Positions 48,532-61,800 of a stretch of DNA of 64,000 bases are shown in pieces (the first letter of the stretch is position 1; each line of letters starts with the position of its first letter). The notes beneath the pieces were generated by a model that ran no database searches, was not told the DNA's origin, and worked only from the letters and a program-made list of their open reading frames with translations. The position numbers and the translations under genes were made by a program. The DNA is from Nitrospirales bacterium. Lineage in GTDB: Bacteria > Nitrospirota > Nitrospiria > Nitrospirales > UBA8639. Location of the stretch: NCBI GenBank assembly GCA_965203295.1, contig CBDBCZ010000014.1:576001-640000 (forward strand). Reading direction: 5' to 3'.

Positions 48532-51500
48532 ATGGAGGCTGTTTGCATTCGTCAGCGAGGAGCTGAAGACTTTGTAGCTTACTATGAAAGTCTGTGTGCC
48601 CTGGAGGACACGTGTCCTATAGCCAGTATCCGCAGTGGAGCCAAGGAAGGAGTGCTGAGTTGTCGGGTCTTCAAGGCTAAGAGAAACGACTGGCACCCAC
48701 TTCTGACTGCTTTACAGATCAACAAGGCACTGCATACTGTTGTCTTCATAGACAAATGGGAGGAAAGACTTTACTCAACTGTGAGAAGCCTTGGTATGTA
48801 ATTAGACCCTTTGTCTATGGTACTGTAAATAGTGGTCAGTACACCAATACATGTAGTTAGACAGTACCTCCATTAATCCAGTGACTTTTTACAAGTATAT
48901 TATGCTAGCCTTCATGCAACCAAATGAAGTGAGGGCCTGGGAGCGAGGATAGATGTATATTTGCACAGGGCAGCTTTGTGTACAGCATAAGCAGAAAGCT
49001 TCCAGTTGATTGACTGCTGTGTAGGTATGTTTATAATAGATACTTTTTATCACACCATAGATAGTAGAGTAGAAGGATAGGAAGTCCTTCTACTCTACTA
49101 TCTATGATCACACTAATTAAGCTTGTGCTTTGCAGTATATACATCACTGCATATACTGATATATAACGGAATGACTTCATGATAGATCTATTCAAGGGGG
49201 ATTGGCAGACAGGTATCCAGAGTGGCTTTTAAAAGATTGGAAGTCACATTTTAGTTGCTCTTCCTGTGTATGGTACCATGCCTTACAAAACAAGGACTAA
49301 AGCTGTCACTGAATTGAACTGGAGAGAAGCCTAAGAAGCCTATTTTTCTTGCTGTAGTGAAGGAAGGAACTTCTTGCGTGTAGCTACGTAGTAATGAGAT
49401 TGTATATACGTATATGTACTGATATACATCTCAGATACATTACTACGGTGGTAATAGGTCTATCCGGGTATGAGGCTACATTTATTTACTACACCTTTAC
49501 TATATTTCTGCAGCAACATTGCCTGCACAGACAAAGTGAAGCCTCCGATCATAAAAGCTCAAACTGGAAAAGATACCAGGTCTGCACAGATTATAAATCT
49601 CAACGTTGACATTGGTGATAAAGGTGCACAGGAGTTTGCGGAAGCACTCAGAGATGATGTGTGCCTCAGAGGTATGTACGTACATGTGGGTTAGCTTCTT
49701 CCAACCTTCTCTATGGTTTCATCTGGATGTGGGGAGTCGTAGAATAATTATCATCTATTTAATGTGGCAGTCCAAATAAAGAAGTCAAGCTCTTTGGGAA
49801 GCAGTGAGGTGGAAAAAAACATTTACGTACAGTGTGCACATTCATACATTGTAGATCCAATCATATCTTATACAGTCACTTGTGTAATTTACATACAGGA
49901 TTGTAAATTCAATACAGTTATGCCTGTAATGATGGTACAATTACTTCTGTAACTCCCAGCCATAGATCCAGTCCTGTGGTGTCACTACTGATGGGGCAGT
50001 CAGTCTTCTGGAAGTACTGAAAGTGAACACATGTCTCATAGTGCTTGACCTGAGAGCACCCCCCTTGATTGGTATGTAGAGGTGTGTGTGTGTGTGCTAT
50101 ATGTAGCTAGCTATAGCCTCATTCTCGTCTCCACTCCCCAGCTTTTTGCACATACGTAGTATGTAGTGTGTTGTACTACGTATATGCAAAGTAAGTTGAG
50201 ACTAAGAGCAAGGCTTACGTAGCTGAATATCGTGAATTATTTACAGAAATGCAAACATTTTGATAACTTAGCTGTTTTCCACAGTGATGAATGTAATAAG
50301 CCATACATAATGTTCGTATTGTACCGGTTCCCAAAATGAATTGTACATTGTACAAAGTTTATACTGATGTTCTTGTCTCTTTCACAAAGGAGCAGCAGCT
50401 TTCCCATATTCTACTATGATATTGCACCTGAGCGTGCAAGGCCACAGTTTTAAACTAGAACCATGCAGGCCATTACACTATCTCGGTGTCTGAAACTGCA
50501 GCTTTAACTACTTTCTGGGGATTTTACTGCTGTGTTTAGTATCAATGTATTTTCAAAGCAGCTTTTAGTCTGCCTTTATTTCTGCTCAGATGATGATGTG
50601 GTAGACTCCATCTGTGAGCAACTGTCTGTTAATGTTGCAAGTGTGAGAGATAAAGATGAGGTTTGCAGTACATATACAACATATCGTTCTAGTGGCATGC
50701 TCATTGTAGTGCCATACACTTGTGTTAAATGGTACCTCTTGCAATAGCATGGATGTTGTCTTCATGAAAGAATTGAAACAAGTGCTGAGAAGACCAACAA
50801 CCTACAGCAAATGAAGCGTAAATCACATTGCACCACTTCCAATTCCTGTGAGGAAATTCCAATTAGCATGTTTGGAAAACGATTTTTAAATTTTCTTTAA
50901 ATAGTTTATGTTAATGTTATAGTGCAATAAGTGCAGAATCTATTGCAACAATACAATGAAACAAAATTGATAAAACAATACATAGTAACAATTCAATTGT
51001 CAAGTTCAGCTTGACAATTTAACTTAACGCTTTGATAATTTAACTTAACGCTTCATCAAATCTTTCACTGACTGCGGCAGCCGAACCAGCTTACCATCCT
51101 TCATGTTCAATTAGGAACATAACTACAGCATCTACTCTTGGGATATCTTCGGTCTGATTGACCTTTCTCCTCTGCAATATTTTGTGCAAGTGAAACGAAT
51201 AGCTTTAGGTGATCTGGCTAGCTCTATCAAAGACCATTCTTACACCCCTGCTACACATTTATGTTCACATTATGTTTAATTTAAAAGCTCATCTACAGTA
51301 ACTATTGATTGGATTTACATACATAATACATTATAGTACTCCACTGCAAGTATAGAACAGTTATCTAGTAAGTGCCTGGACTATTTCTTTTTCTCGCAGA
51401 GCTATGTGTGGCTTGAAGTTGAAGCCGAGCGCATTTTGCAAGTAGTGCAGGGTAGCAGATCAGCTCCTGGACTAAAGAAGCACAGAAGCCACACAGTGAC

Positions 51501-52036
51501 TCCTCTTGGAGTGAGATATTCTCCACGCAAAAGAAGTGCTAAAAGTTGCAAAAGGTATGCACATACATACGTATATGCATGTCTAAGGTAAAATGGGTGT
51601 GTATACATAACATCCACACTTGCATATTGCTGTACCACAATTGTTAAAAGTAAGATCTGCTAAACTCCCAAGTCTCTGCTAAGTAACAGGTCAGGCCAAG
51701 AGCTAAAAAAATATAGCGAAAGTAACCTCATTTCCAGTCTCCACTTTTGTCAAGTATGTGTTGGTGCGAAGAAATTGAAGCTAGCAGTGGAGACTGGAAT
51801 CACGAAGCTACAATTATCCGACTTGTTAGCAGCTGTATGTTGCGAAACAGGATTATCGTAACTCGCCAGCCTACCAGTACATGTATTCCACTTGTTGGCT
51901 AAATACAGGCACATACAGCAAGCTAGCTTGTCCATTTTGTATTACTTAGAGAAAGATTGTGAATCCTGCAGAACAATTACTGTTTTCCTATAGGAAGAAC
52001 CCTCCAGCTCAGTCACAGTCAAGCCATCGGTTTAAG
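48532..52036 (+). pseudogene. CEP78: CEP78-like disrupted gene, copy C
   Basis: Direct copy of 2165-5673, with an extra small deletion at ~49590. Confidence 0.85.
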
Positions 52037-52775
52037 GTATGTATACTGAGTTGATTTTGTGCACTGCATGTCATGCAGATAACATGTTTGCCTATAATGT
52101 TATGATTAATCTATGGTATTTGCACAGTGCATTTCACCCAACTTATTGTAATAGTACCAGTTATAGCCCATGCGATAAATTGTGGAACTCCACAGCAGTT
52201 CCTCTTCCTTGTCTGTAAAGGCATATCTGCATTCAATGAATGCTTAACTTCCCTTTTGAATTCTATTTCACTTTCCGTTGAAGGTGTTATGGGATCCAGC
52301 ACCTTTTCTCTTTTGGAAAGTAGGACACGTTCTTGTGTAGTAATCAAGGAGTCAGGTTTTCCACCATGCAAAGATATGCTAGTACATGTTGTATTTGGCC
52401 ATGTTCACTTGGAGGTACGTACACAGGTAGGAGTCTTCTGGGCTGCTTCTCTGTTTTGACCAATGATGATTCCATGTTATTAGGATGGATTGGATCTAGT
52501 GATGATTTGGCCAGCAACTGTTAGTTCTATGGATGGCTTTAATGATCAGGACATCCTAGCGTGTACAGTATTGAGTCAGCGGCTGAGTCAAGATGTGTCC
52601 ATGATTAGTCCCTCTGTGTAATACTTGGGAATACTTTAATTATAGCACAGCACAGTATGAGATAGCACATAGTGTGCGATGCAATTAATGCTGCAGAAGG
52701 CAAACTGCAGCATACTACTTGCTATAATTATATTACTGTATCCTAAATTGATTAGCTTATTACACATAAAAATCG

Positions 52776-52849
52776 GGACCCAGCTGGGGATTGAACCCAG
52801 GACCTTCTGAATACTAGTCAGATGCTCTTACCAATTGAGCTACTGGAGC
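52776..52849 (-). tRNA. tRNA-Thr(AGT)-like, copy C
   Basis: Same sequence as copy A. Confidence 0.7.
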
Positions 52850-54112
52850 CCCCTTGGCAGAGGAGCAGTAGGCAAGCTTTATATAGCCACTAAACCCGCT
52901 AGTAGCACTTGCCAGTAGGACCCAGCCAATTCCAACTGTAACATGTATGTCTGTACATATCATGCAGAAGGCAAACTGCAGCATATTACTTGCAATGCTA
53001 TATATATATATATTATTGTATCCTAAAATGATTAGCCTATTACATGTATAGAAATTGTGTATTGACAACTACATGTATGTATGTATATATCATGTATAGG
53101 CTTATAAACTCATGCAATCTGCACTGTTGAAATACAACACTTGGCCTACTACTAAGAGCCTATACTATATTGATACGTACATAGCCCATGTTCTATCCAG
53201 ACAGTGATAGCCATGCAAAGCCACATTAGTGTCAGCGTGAGCTGCTGGAGTAGAGAAAGCAAAGTGTGACTGCCCTAGTTTAAATAGGGCTGAAAGAAGG
53301 TGAACAGAGTGAACCCGCTGTGATTGTTTCAAACCTTCTCATCATTCTTTGAAGGGATCTTCATCAATTACTAATTGCCTCAGATGTTCTTCAGTTTCCT
53401 TAGTCTTTTCTGCCTAATTTCTGCTCTCTGAGCACACCTCAAACTATGCTAACCATTGGTGGATTTCAATACTTCAACTTTCTGCTCCAATATAGCTCTC
53501 TCTTCTTAATGTCATAATTCCATTGATTTGAACACAAGTGTTCTCAGACACCACAATATTATTTGCTGTTGTACTCACAACTGGGCAGCTCATAAGCAGT
53601 TATCACTTACAAATTACACTCGGGTTTTGTATAGAGGGCAGTACACTAGGATCTCCACCCCCAAGAATTTAGTAAAAAATTCCATTGATTTGAACACAAG
53701 TGTTTGGTAGTGGACTAGCAGCCAAAGTCCAATACGCTTCTAGGCATCTATTTTTTCAAACATTTTTAGACCCCCCCCCCCCTTCCCATAAAAGACCATA
53801 CATGTACTGTACATGCTGCGTATTTCGCGTGTGTCTGTTCACTATTTGTCTCCCCCCTCCAGCAAAGAATCCTGTATGAAACCCTGCACACTAAGTAGCA
53901 TGTCCTTGCAACTTGTTGAGCTGTACACCTGTATCTGTGCTAAGCAAAGCATCTTCCACTTGTGCATGTCTAGCTCTCAGGCCCCTGTTATGGTAGCACT
54001 TACTAGTAGGCCCCAACTGTAGTTACTGTCTCAAGTTGTTACTTTAGTCTGCTAAATGACAGAAGTTCTTTGTAGTTCTTGACCCGTTCTGTCATACCTT
54101 TCTTTCCTTCAG

Positions 54113-57074
54113 AGAACAAGTGGGTGCAGCAGCAGATTCCAGCGTGCCGTCCTCTCTTCACAGCCCGTCATGTGTCTTTTGTCTTCTTCATTGTTGGGGT
54201 GATCTTCCTTGCTCTCGGAGTTACCTTTCTCGTTGTTGCAATGAGGGCAAGTGACCTAACATAACAGTGATGTTTATTTGCATGTACATGTAGATTCAAG
54301 TAAGAGCCCTCTGAATTATACCAGTCAAGTCTTAACCATTAACCACGAGCTACATGTTACTTAGACCATGGTTTATCCTAAGCATTATCACGTAATTCCA
54401 AGGGTGAAACCCGAGGGATTGTGTGTGTATTTACTTTACAGCCCGCCAGTAGACATGGTCTAACCGGCTTGTATCTTGGGCACTGGCCTAACCAACTCTG
54501 GTAGTTTAGCCTCGTTCTCTGTACCATCCCTGAGACTAGCACTATCAATATTAGTGTTGATGAAGCGTCAAATCGCCTACTCTATAGTAGGTGATTTACA
54601 GTCTGCACTATCGGTGAAGTTTGTACAGTCTGTAGTAGGTACTGTTGAGGCCAGAAAATATGGAGTGGCGATGTGTACATATTTTGGAGAGCTATAAAAA
54701 TTTTATATAATAGAGATTCAATTAAGATCACACATGGAAACAAGGTGTCCTCTATAGGGAATACCCGTTGAGCACTGTAGCTTTAAGCTAACAGTACACT
54801 TGGCCATACATATATCACCCTGTTGGCATGTACATGTACATGTGTATGTGGCGTTACTTTATAGTAAGACTCAAGCCAATTTCTACTGATAATATTAGTA
54901 TTCCACTGCTGTTGTTGCATATTGCTTTTGTATACTGTTTTTTTTTTATCCCATCTATACTCAGATATGTGAGGTGGAAATTCCCTATACTAAATTGTGA
55001 ACCAGTTCCCAGTGATGTCCCTTTCATACGTAACTTCCAGACGTGTTCCGAGTACCTGGCCAATATAAGTGCTCTAAGTAACATTGAGAGGCGTGATTTT
55101 GAAGACTGCCACTGCCGGGTGAATTTCACTGTCCCGGAGGAGCTGCGCTCTCCATGGTACATGTACTATGGTCTTGGCAACTACTTCCAGAACCACCGTC
55201 GCTACGTCAACTCCTGGGATGTGAAACAGCTGCGAGGAAATCGAGGGAGCTTCTTGAACCCCTCCGGTGACTGTAACCCCATACGGAATGTTGAGAACAC
55301 TAATGGCACACGTATGCCTGTTGTACCTTGTGGACTCATTGCAAACAGCTTGTTCAATGGTGAGCATACTTTAACAAGTTTGCTTACTTAGGGTCAGGAT
55401 TAATTAGTAGATTGTTTGTTGTGAGTGGAGTGGAATTTCCACTAGAAACAATGCATGGACTCTCTGAGTCTACTAGCAAATATTGTGGGAGCGAACCTTC
55501 CAAAGAAATTTCTAACGCCAAATGCAGATTTTGGTTTTGATGGATTACTAGATATCTACATGTACGTATATGACTTTTGCTTCACCATACTGCATCTTCA
55601 GTGATGGCCCATCTCACTTTTAAAATGTTAATACAATGCTTTTCTAGATCTGGCAAAATGCGAACAGTCACAATGTTTTGTGCACTCCAATGTAGTGATT
55701 AGAGTGGATCGTGCGTGCATAGTAAAATTCCTGAACACACCTGTGTGTAGTTTGTCCTTGTTCATGTAGACGTCTGAGTTTAAGTATGTGGGCTGTGTAA
55801 ATTATTATTGTGTTTGTCTCTCCTTCTAGACTCATTTGATATGTTCATGAATCGTGATACGGGTGAGAACATGACCTGCTGTAATAGAACCAACTTTGCC
55901 TGGGATACTGACCGTAGTGTTCGCTTCCAAAACCCAAACGGCGCCCCTGAGGTCAGCCCTGAGGATCTTGTTGACACCACCATGCCCCCCAACTGGCCGT
56001 ATGATCTTTCAGAAATTCCTGGGGGACTGGAGAGCGAGAGCTTTATTGTTTGGTTTCGTGTGTCAGCATTTCCAAAATTCCGCAAACTGTATGGCCGACT
56101 GCAAGAGAGTGGTTCCAGTGATATTAATCTCCCTGCAGGAAACGACTCCATCTTTCTCACTTACAGTATCCTTCATATTAATGCAATAGTCGTATACATT
56201 GTACGTGGCCTCGTTCCTAAGCTCCCCACATTTCATACTGCAAGTGACTAAAACTGGGTTGAGGCATGGGGAGGAGGCTAGCGTGTATGACTGTGGTCCT
56301 AGTTGGAAAGTGAACGTATTCAGTTGCATATTTTGATCATGTCACTACATTAGTGCAGAACACGGTGACTGTTATGGGTAGGGCTCAAATGTTATGTGTC
56401 GTTGCATCAGTAGTTGTTCCATGTACACTGTGCATCTGAGCCCCACCCATTAACAGAAAATAAACAATATAAGACATTGAATGCAGTGACAATCTTGGTA
56501 GAATAATGTTCATGGGACTGCCACATATTAGTCTAACTTGAAGCATGATGTCATCGCTAAAACAGCTTACTAAAGTTCTTGTACATAATGAAGTGGACAA
56601 GATATTTAAGTGACTCCTTGCTTGATAGCCATTTGCTGGTGATGTATATGTTGGCTCCTCTCTGTGTGGTAGCTATGTAGCATGCATCTAGCTAGTATAA
56701 ATCACTTAGCCAGTTCAAACTGAGATTCTTAAGGTGCATATGCAGGTATGTGTATATCTCTGAAAGTTGTTTGCACAGTGTAAGTTAAAGTTATCAGCCA
56801 GTTTCCTTAACCTACAGCAGACTACCCTGTTCGTGAATATAAAGGGACCAAATCTCTCTTCCTTGCTGAGATCTCCTGGCTAGGTGGACGGAACCTGTTC
56901 TTGGGCATTGCGTACATTGTGACAGCAACTCCGTCGATAATTGCAGGCTTGGTGCTGCTGCTAATACACTTCGCCTGTTCACACTGGTATGTAGATGTAG
57001 TTTCTACTGCCACTGGTTTATGTAGCTTTGTCCCCAGGCTCTCTCGCAGCAAAAGTTGGGCAGAGGCCTTGTAG
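54113..57074 (+). pseudogene. TMEM30A: CDC50/TMEM30-like, copy C, frameshifted
   Basis: Same 1-bp insertion at ~54992. The first visible donor is changed GT->GC (54247). Confidence 0.85.
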
Positions 57075-57330
57075 GTTTAATGTGTGGGTGTTTAATGGAC
57101 TGAATGAGGGCCACTCCCATAGTCTCTGTAAGTGTGTATATAGTTACCATTGCAGTCATGATCTTGACCAGCTAGTGATTGCACTGATTTGTCCATTTGC
57201 ACAAGGCCTCTCCTGTTGTGCTATTGATTGTCAACTGGCACTTTTGTAAGCTTATTCCAAGCCCTCTGCTTATTTGGGTACATGAAGATAAAGACTTTCC
57301 TGTTAATGTCCAATGGTGTGGACCTGGTAA

Positions 57331-58311
57331 TTGGGGCGAGCGGGAGCGAGCCCCCCCTTAGTGGTGCGAATGGAGATTCTGTGCGTACGTACGTCCGTAC
57401 TGCATGGTCCTATATACCGCAAATGCGCCACCGTACCTATTTCAACGGCATGCCCTCAAAATTATCACAAACACGCGCATGCAGTTCATGGCGTCTGCGT
57501 CTTTGTGCAGTTCATGGCGTCCGTGTCTTTGAGATTGTCACAAACACTTGCATGTAGTTCATGGCGTCTGTGTCTTTGAGATTATGAGTGACCTGCGCAG
57601 ACAGCGAACCTTGGAGCGGCGCAGACCGCGCTACAGAGAAAGGAGACACGACGAAACTACCGAGGAGAAGGAGAGAAGACTATACAGAGCTAGCGAGAAC
57701 GCCGAAGGCGGAGACTGTTGGGTGAGTCAGCTGAAGCTAAGGAGGCACGCCTTGAACATCGACGCTCGCTTAGGCGAGAGTGCAGGACTGCTGTGCTTCC
57801 GTGGCTCCCGAGACTATTCTGAGACTATACCATACAGAGGAAAGGAAGGTTTGCAGAAAGACCACAGATTATTTCTGCCTACACTCAGCCAGCTTATTAG
57901 CCATAGAGCACTGCCTGAAAGAAGCTTAAAAAATGACGACAGAAAGAGAGAGGACCCGCACCGTGCTTCTGAGACAGCAGCACAAAGGGAAGCAAGGCTT
58001 GCCGACAGACCAGAATTTTCTACCTATACACTGCCAGCATAGAGCACTGCCTGACAGGGAGAGGCAAGCATCAAGTTGCATCAAGTTACATCACAGATAG
58101 CTATACTGAGAGACAACCTGCTAAAATTCTACATGACAGACCATCATTGAAAGAGCTGCATGGGAACATTGAATTCAAACGAAATGTTGAAGTTCCATGC
58201 ACATTTTGCTGTAATGGTCTACACTTCTTACTGTGTTCTACTATAGCATCTTCATGCAATATGTACACGTACTCGCTCACGCTCGCCCCACAATGCTCTG
58301 CATTCACCTAG
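57331..58311 (+). mobile_element. 981-bp non-autonomous Helitron/Helentron-like element, copy-C specific
   Basis: 5' TTGGGGCGAGCG, subterminal inverted CGCTCGCCCCA ~21 nt before the 3' CACCTAG end, no TSD. Empty site at ~10962. Confidence 0.85.
57584..58042 (+). pseudogene. Degenerate Arg/Glu-rich repeat coding remnant within the Helitron-like element
   Basis: DETTEEKERRL and RASETAAQREARLA resemble STPR-like ETxExRxxRL repeats seen in Helitron protein N-termini. No Rep or helicase motifs are present. Confidence 0.55.
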
Positions 58312-58812
58312 TTACCCCGCGCGCGTATGCGCAAAGCGGGGTTAAGTAATCGGTTTTGTCCGTCTGTTGTCGTCGTTGTCCTTGTTGTCTGTCACAAAAT
58401 ATTTTGAAAAATCTCTCAAACGGGCGATTATGAGGCTATAACGACTCCTAAACAGAAGGCTAACGCTGAAATCCGCGATGCATTAGCCTGTCTGTACCTG
58501 ATATAGTAGAAAGCGGTTTTATTCTCGGCATTTCCACGCTGTTTCTGATTATCGGTGTGTTCCACCATTTTTTTTAATACGGCAGTTGGTCACGCCTACA
58601 GCTTGAATACGGACATACGCGAGCCCTCGAGTATGGTATACGAGTCTTTTATTCAACACGGAGCTTAGAAGCAGATAGAAAGCATACTGAAAAGAAACAG
58701 AGAAACGCATGTATCACTACTACGGCGATCAGCCACGCCTACAGCTCGCCTTACGGCGCTACAGTCTGCAGGGTCCAGGAGCGCGGGGTATGTCTCTGCT
58801 AGAGACCTCTAG
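58312..58812 (+). mobile_element. 501-bp non-autonomous Helitron/Helentron-like element abutting the previous one
   Basis: 5' TTACCCCGCGC, subterminal inverted GCGCGGGGTA ~22 nt before the 3' CTCTAG end, with a GTC-type microsatellite near the 5' end. Confidence 0.85.
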
Positions 58813-61800
58813 TTAATTTAAGGTATATAGCATTTTTTCACTCCTTGGCCCACTGTTGTTTAGAACCATGGGAAACAGTATGATGTTTTGCTACTGTGGA
58901 CAATTCTAACTTCTAAGTAGATACATTAACAGGTACGGATCGAGATGACTGCAGTTGCGACTATAGAGTCTATGGGAGTGATCCTCGGAGGTCGTAGTCC
59001 TATCCCACCTCGGTTCTACCACAAGTGTCTGTTTTTTCCTTTGCAGGAAACACTCAAGAAATTGAAATCCATGAACTGCCTTGAAGCCAGTGGTGCATAT
59101 CAATGCCACTTGTAATCATCTTATGTCTATAAAGTTGATGTGTTATACATATTAATATTTGTGTACAGACTGCGGGCTGCGGTTCTAGCAGTAACGGGAG
59201 GGAGGAGCTGACTTCTCACGTGCATGCTAATCGTTAGTACTGTAGTAAGCTTTAATATAGTCTCACGCTAGTGTACGGTCTTGCTAGTGTACGGCCTTGC
59301 GTCGCTGCAGAGCAACTGCGAAGATCCTCAAGAAGTGTGGCTTTCTGAGTGAGTGCATGTTGGTGAGTGTAAAGCTTAGCAGAGAATACAGTAGCTTCAT
59401 TTAAGGTGACCGTAAGGTAAATTATTAGCAGCAACATCATCAGCACCATAAACCATTACTGATTCTCCAACTGAAACTAGTATGACTCAATGAATTACTC
59501 CACAATGGCATATATACCAAGAGCCAAGTGTGAGGGACAGCCAAAGACACTAGTGTTAGTAAAATACAGAGGCTGAGGATCATTACAAAATGATTGGACA
59601 TGTGCCTGACTCACTCGGGGAGGAGTGCACCCTGGCACTCAATGCCTACGACTTTATATATAAAGCCAATCAACCTTTCGGTAGCAGGTCAATGCACACT
59701 GCCATGCTCAGCGCTATCTGGCATGGTTACACAAGATTTAGCTACTTCTAAGCATGGAGGGTGAGTATGAAACATTCTTTGCTCATTTCTTCCTCGTCAA
59801 TCATCTTGCCTCCTCTTTCTTCTGGAGCTTCCAAACTATGCTCAGCACCACTACTGACTCTAGATCGATCTGAGCTGCTTGCTCTGTTCCTTTCCTGCTT
59901 TACTCTCCTGCACTTCATTTCTAAACTCTTCCAAGCTACCAACCATTTAGCAGTGCTTCATATAGAATTCTGTTTTTCACTGTCTCTGTAATCAATATAC
60001 CCCTCTCAAGACTAAGAAATGCCCAAAATCTCATCTTGCTTTCATGATTTGTCTTGGTTCCTTACACAGTTCCTTCTAGGGTTGCTTACCACTGTCATAC
60101 ACTGCATTGTTTGTTAAATATTAACGCAGTAGCAATCACTTATCTAATTGTCACTTGTTTTAGAAGTTGAAGCTTTTGGTATTTTTGAAGCACAGAGACA
60201 GATTTCCAATTAGCCAGGACTATACCTTATGAATACTATGAATTAACAACAACAAGTGACACAAATGACAGTAATTATTCTCAAGAAGCTACTCTCAAAA
60301 ATGTAAAGTGTTCAGTACCAATTCCCAATTAGTTATACAATGGAATACCGTAAATCCTAATAGTCAGGCTTAGATGTTGAGTATTTTTGTAAATACAATG
60401 AACTGGCTCCCTTAGTACTGTGAAACAGTCAAGGATCCTGTTCACTGGATTTGCTGTAATTGTACGTTCTGTTTCACATAAGTATGGAAGCCTGTTCGCC
60501 GTACTTAAAAAGTACTCAACCTTTAAATCAAAGCTGTTTCCTGGCTATTAGGACTGGTTTAAAACATAATAGCATAATTTTCCAAGAGTATGAAAGAGTA
60601 TGGTTCTTGAGGGTATAGAAATTTCTATACATCCCAAGGGTTCCTATTTGCCAGTCTTATAAAACACACAACTTTGAAAAGTGATTACTGTGAAGCCTCT
60701 AAATTAATCGTACCTGAAGAATAGTAACAGCTTCCTATTTAAATCTTCACGCTGATAATGTGCACACAGAACACATTACTTCACTTTTGTTCATGCAATA
60801 GTCCCTTACAGACAGCAGAATGACATAACAAAATGTGAGAATCAGCAAATAATGCCGCAACCGCTAACTACAAGAGATACTTGGAGCAGTTACTACTTCC
60901 AAAATAATTCCCCACTCTAATTGATAAGCACACACATAACCTTTCTTGTGTAAACACAACCATCATGTACAGACAGTATGCAAAACATATCACTTCAGTT
61001 AGCAATTGTAGAAGGAACCGTGTAAGAAACCATACTTCTGACAGCCCACCCGGAGATATCGTACTTGAATTAAACATTACTTTTCTTGTGTTTGCACATT
61101 GTCACTTCAGAGATTGCAGGCACAAAACATAGGTGGGGGGATATTAGTCACACAGAACACAATTGATGTTATATGAAATTTTACAGAACAGGAGTTATTG
61201 AATGTTCACCCACTCTGAGACTCACACACAACCTAAAAACAGGTGACCTGGTGTGCTGTGTGACACCCTACCGCCAACCTAAATAAGTGTGTTTTGACCA
61301 CTTTATTTCTAAGAGTGAAGAGCCACAGCCTCTAGCTACCAGAGAAAATGGAGAGGTAACAGCTTCCCAATTTCATTCCACACTCTAGTATAGCATACTT
61401 TTCTTACTCGCATAATGTTTAACTTAATTCAGAGATTGTATGCAGGTACAAAATATAGGTGAGCTACAATAGTTATAGACTTTCATTAGTAAGCAATGTT
61501 GTACTGTAGGCTTAGAGGGTGATGTATGTCCGGCAAGCAGGCACCCTGAGGTGCAATGTCGCTATTTCTTAGTAATCACTTTTCGGTTGCTCTTATACAT
61601 ATTCCTGGCCAATAATGAGGGTAGCTATTATAACCTAAGAGGGATTTCTATGAAGCAGTGACATTGTACCAAGGTTGCCTGTTCAACAGACATATATACA
61701 GAAGCACTCAACCTCTAAGCCAAGGTTATTTTCAGACTGTTTATCCTGGTGTAAACTATAATCCCAGAAATGTGGCTCTTGGTATTTATATAGTACTGAG

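Noticed and set aside
59267..59300. 16-bp tandem duplication in copy C (also the ~22-bp tandem at 4650-4690)
   Set aside because: Ordinary slippage events.
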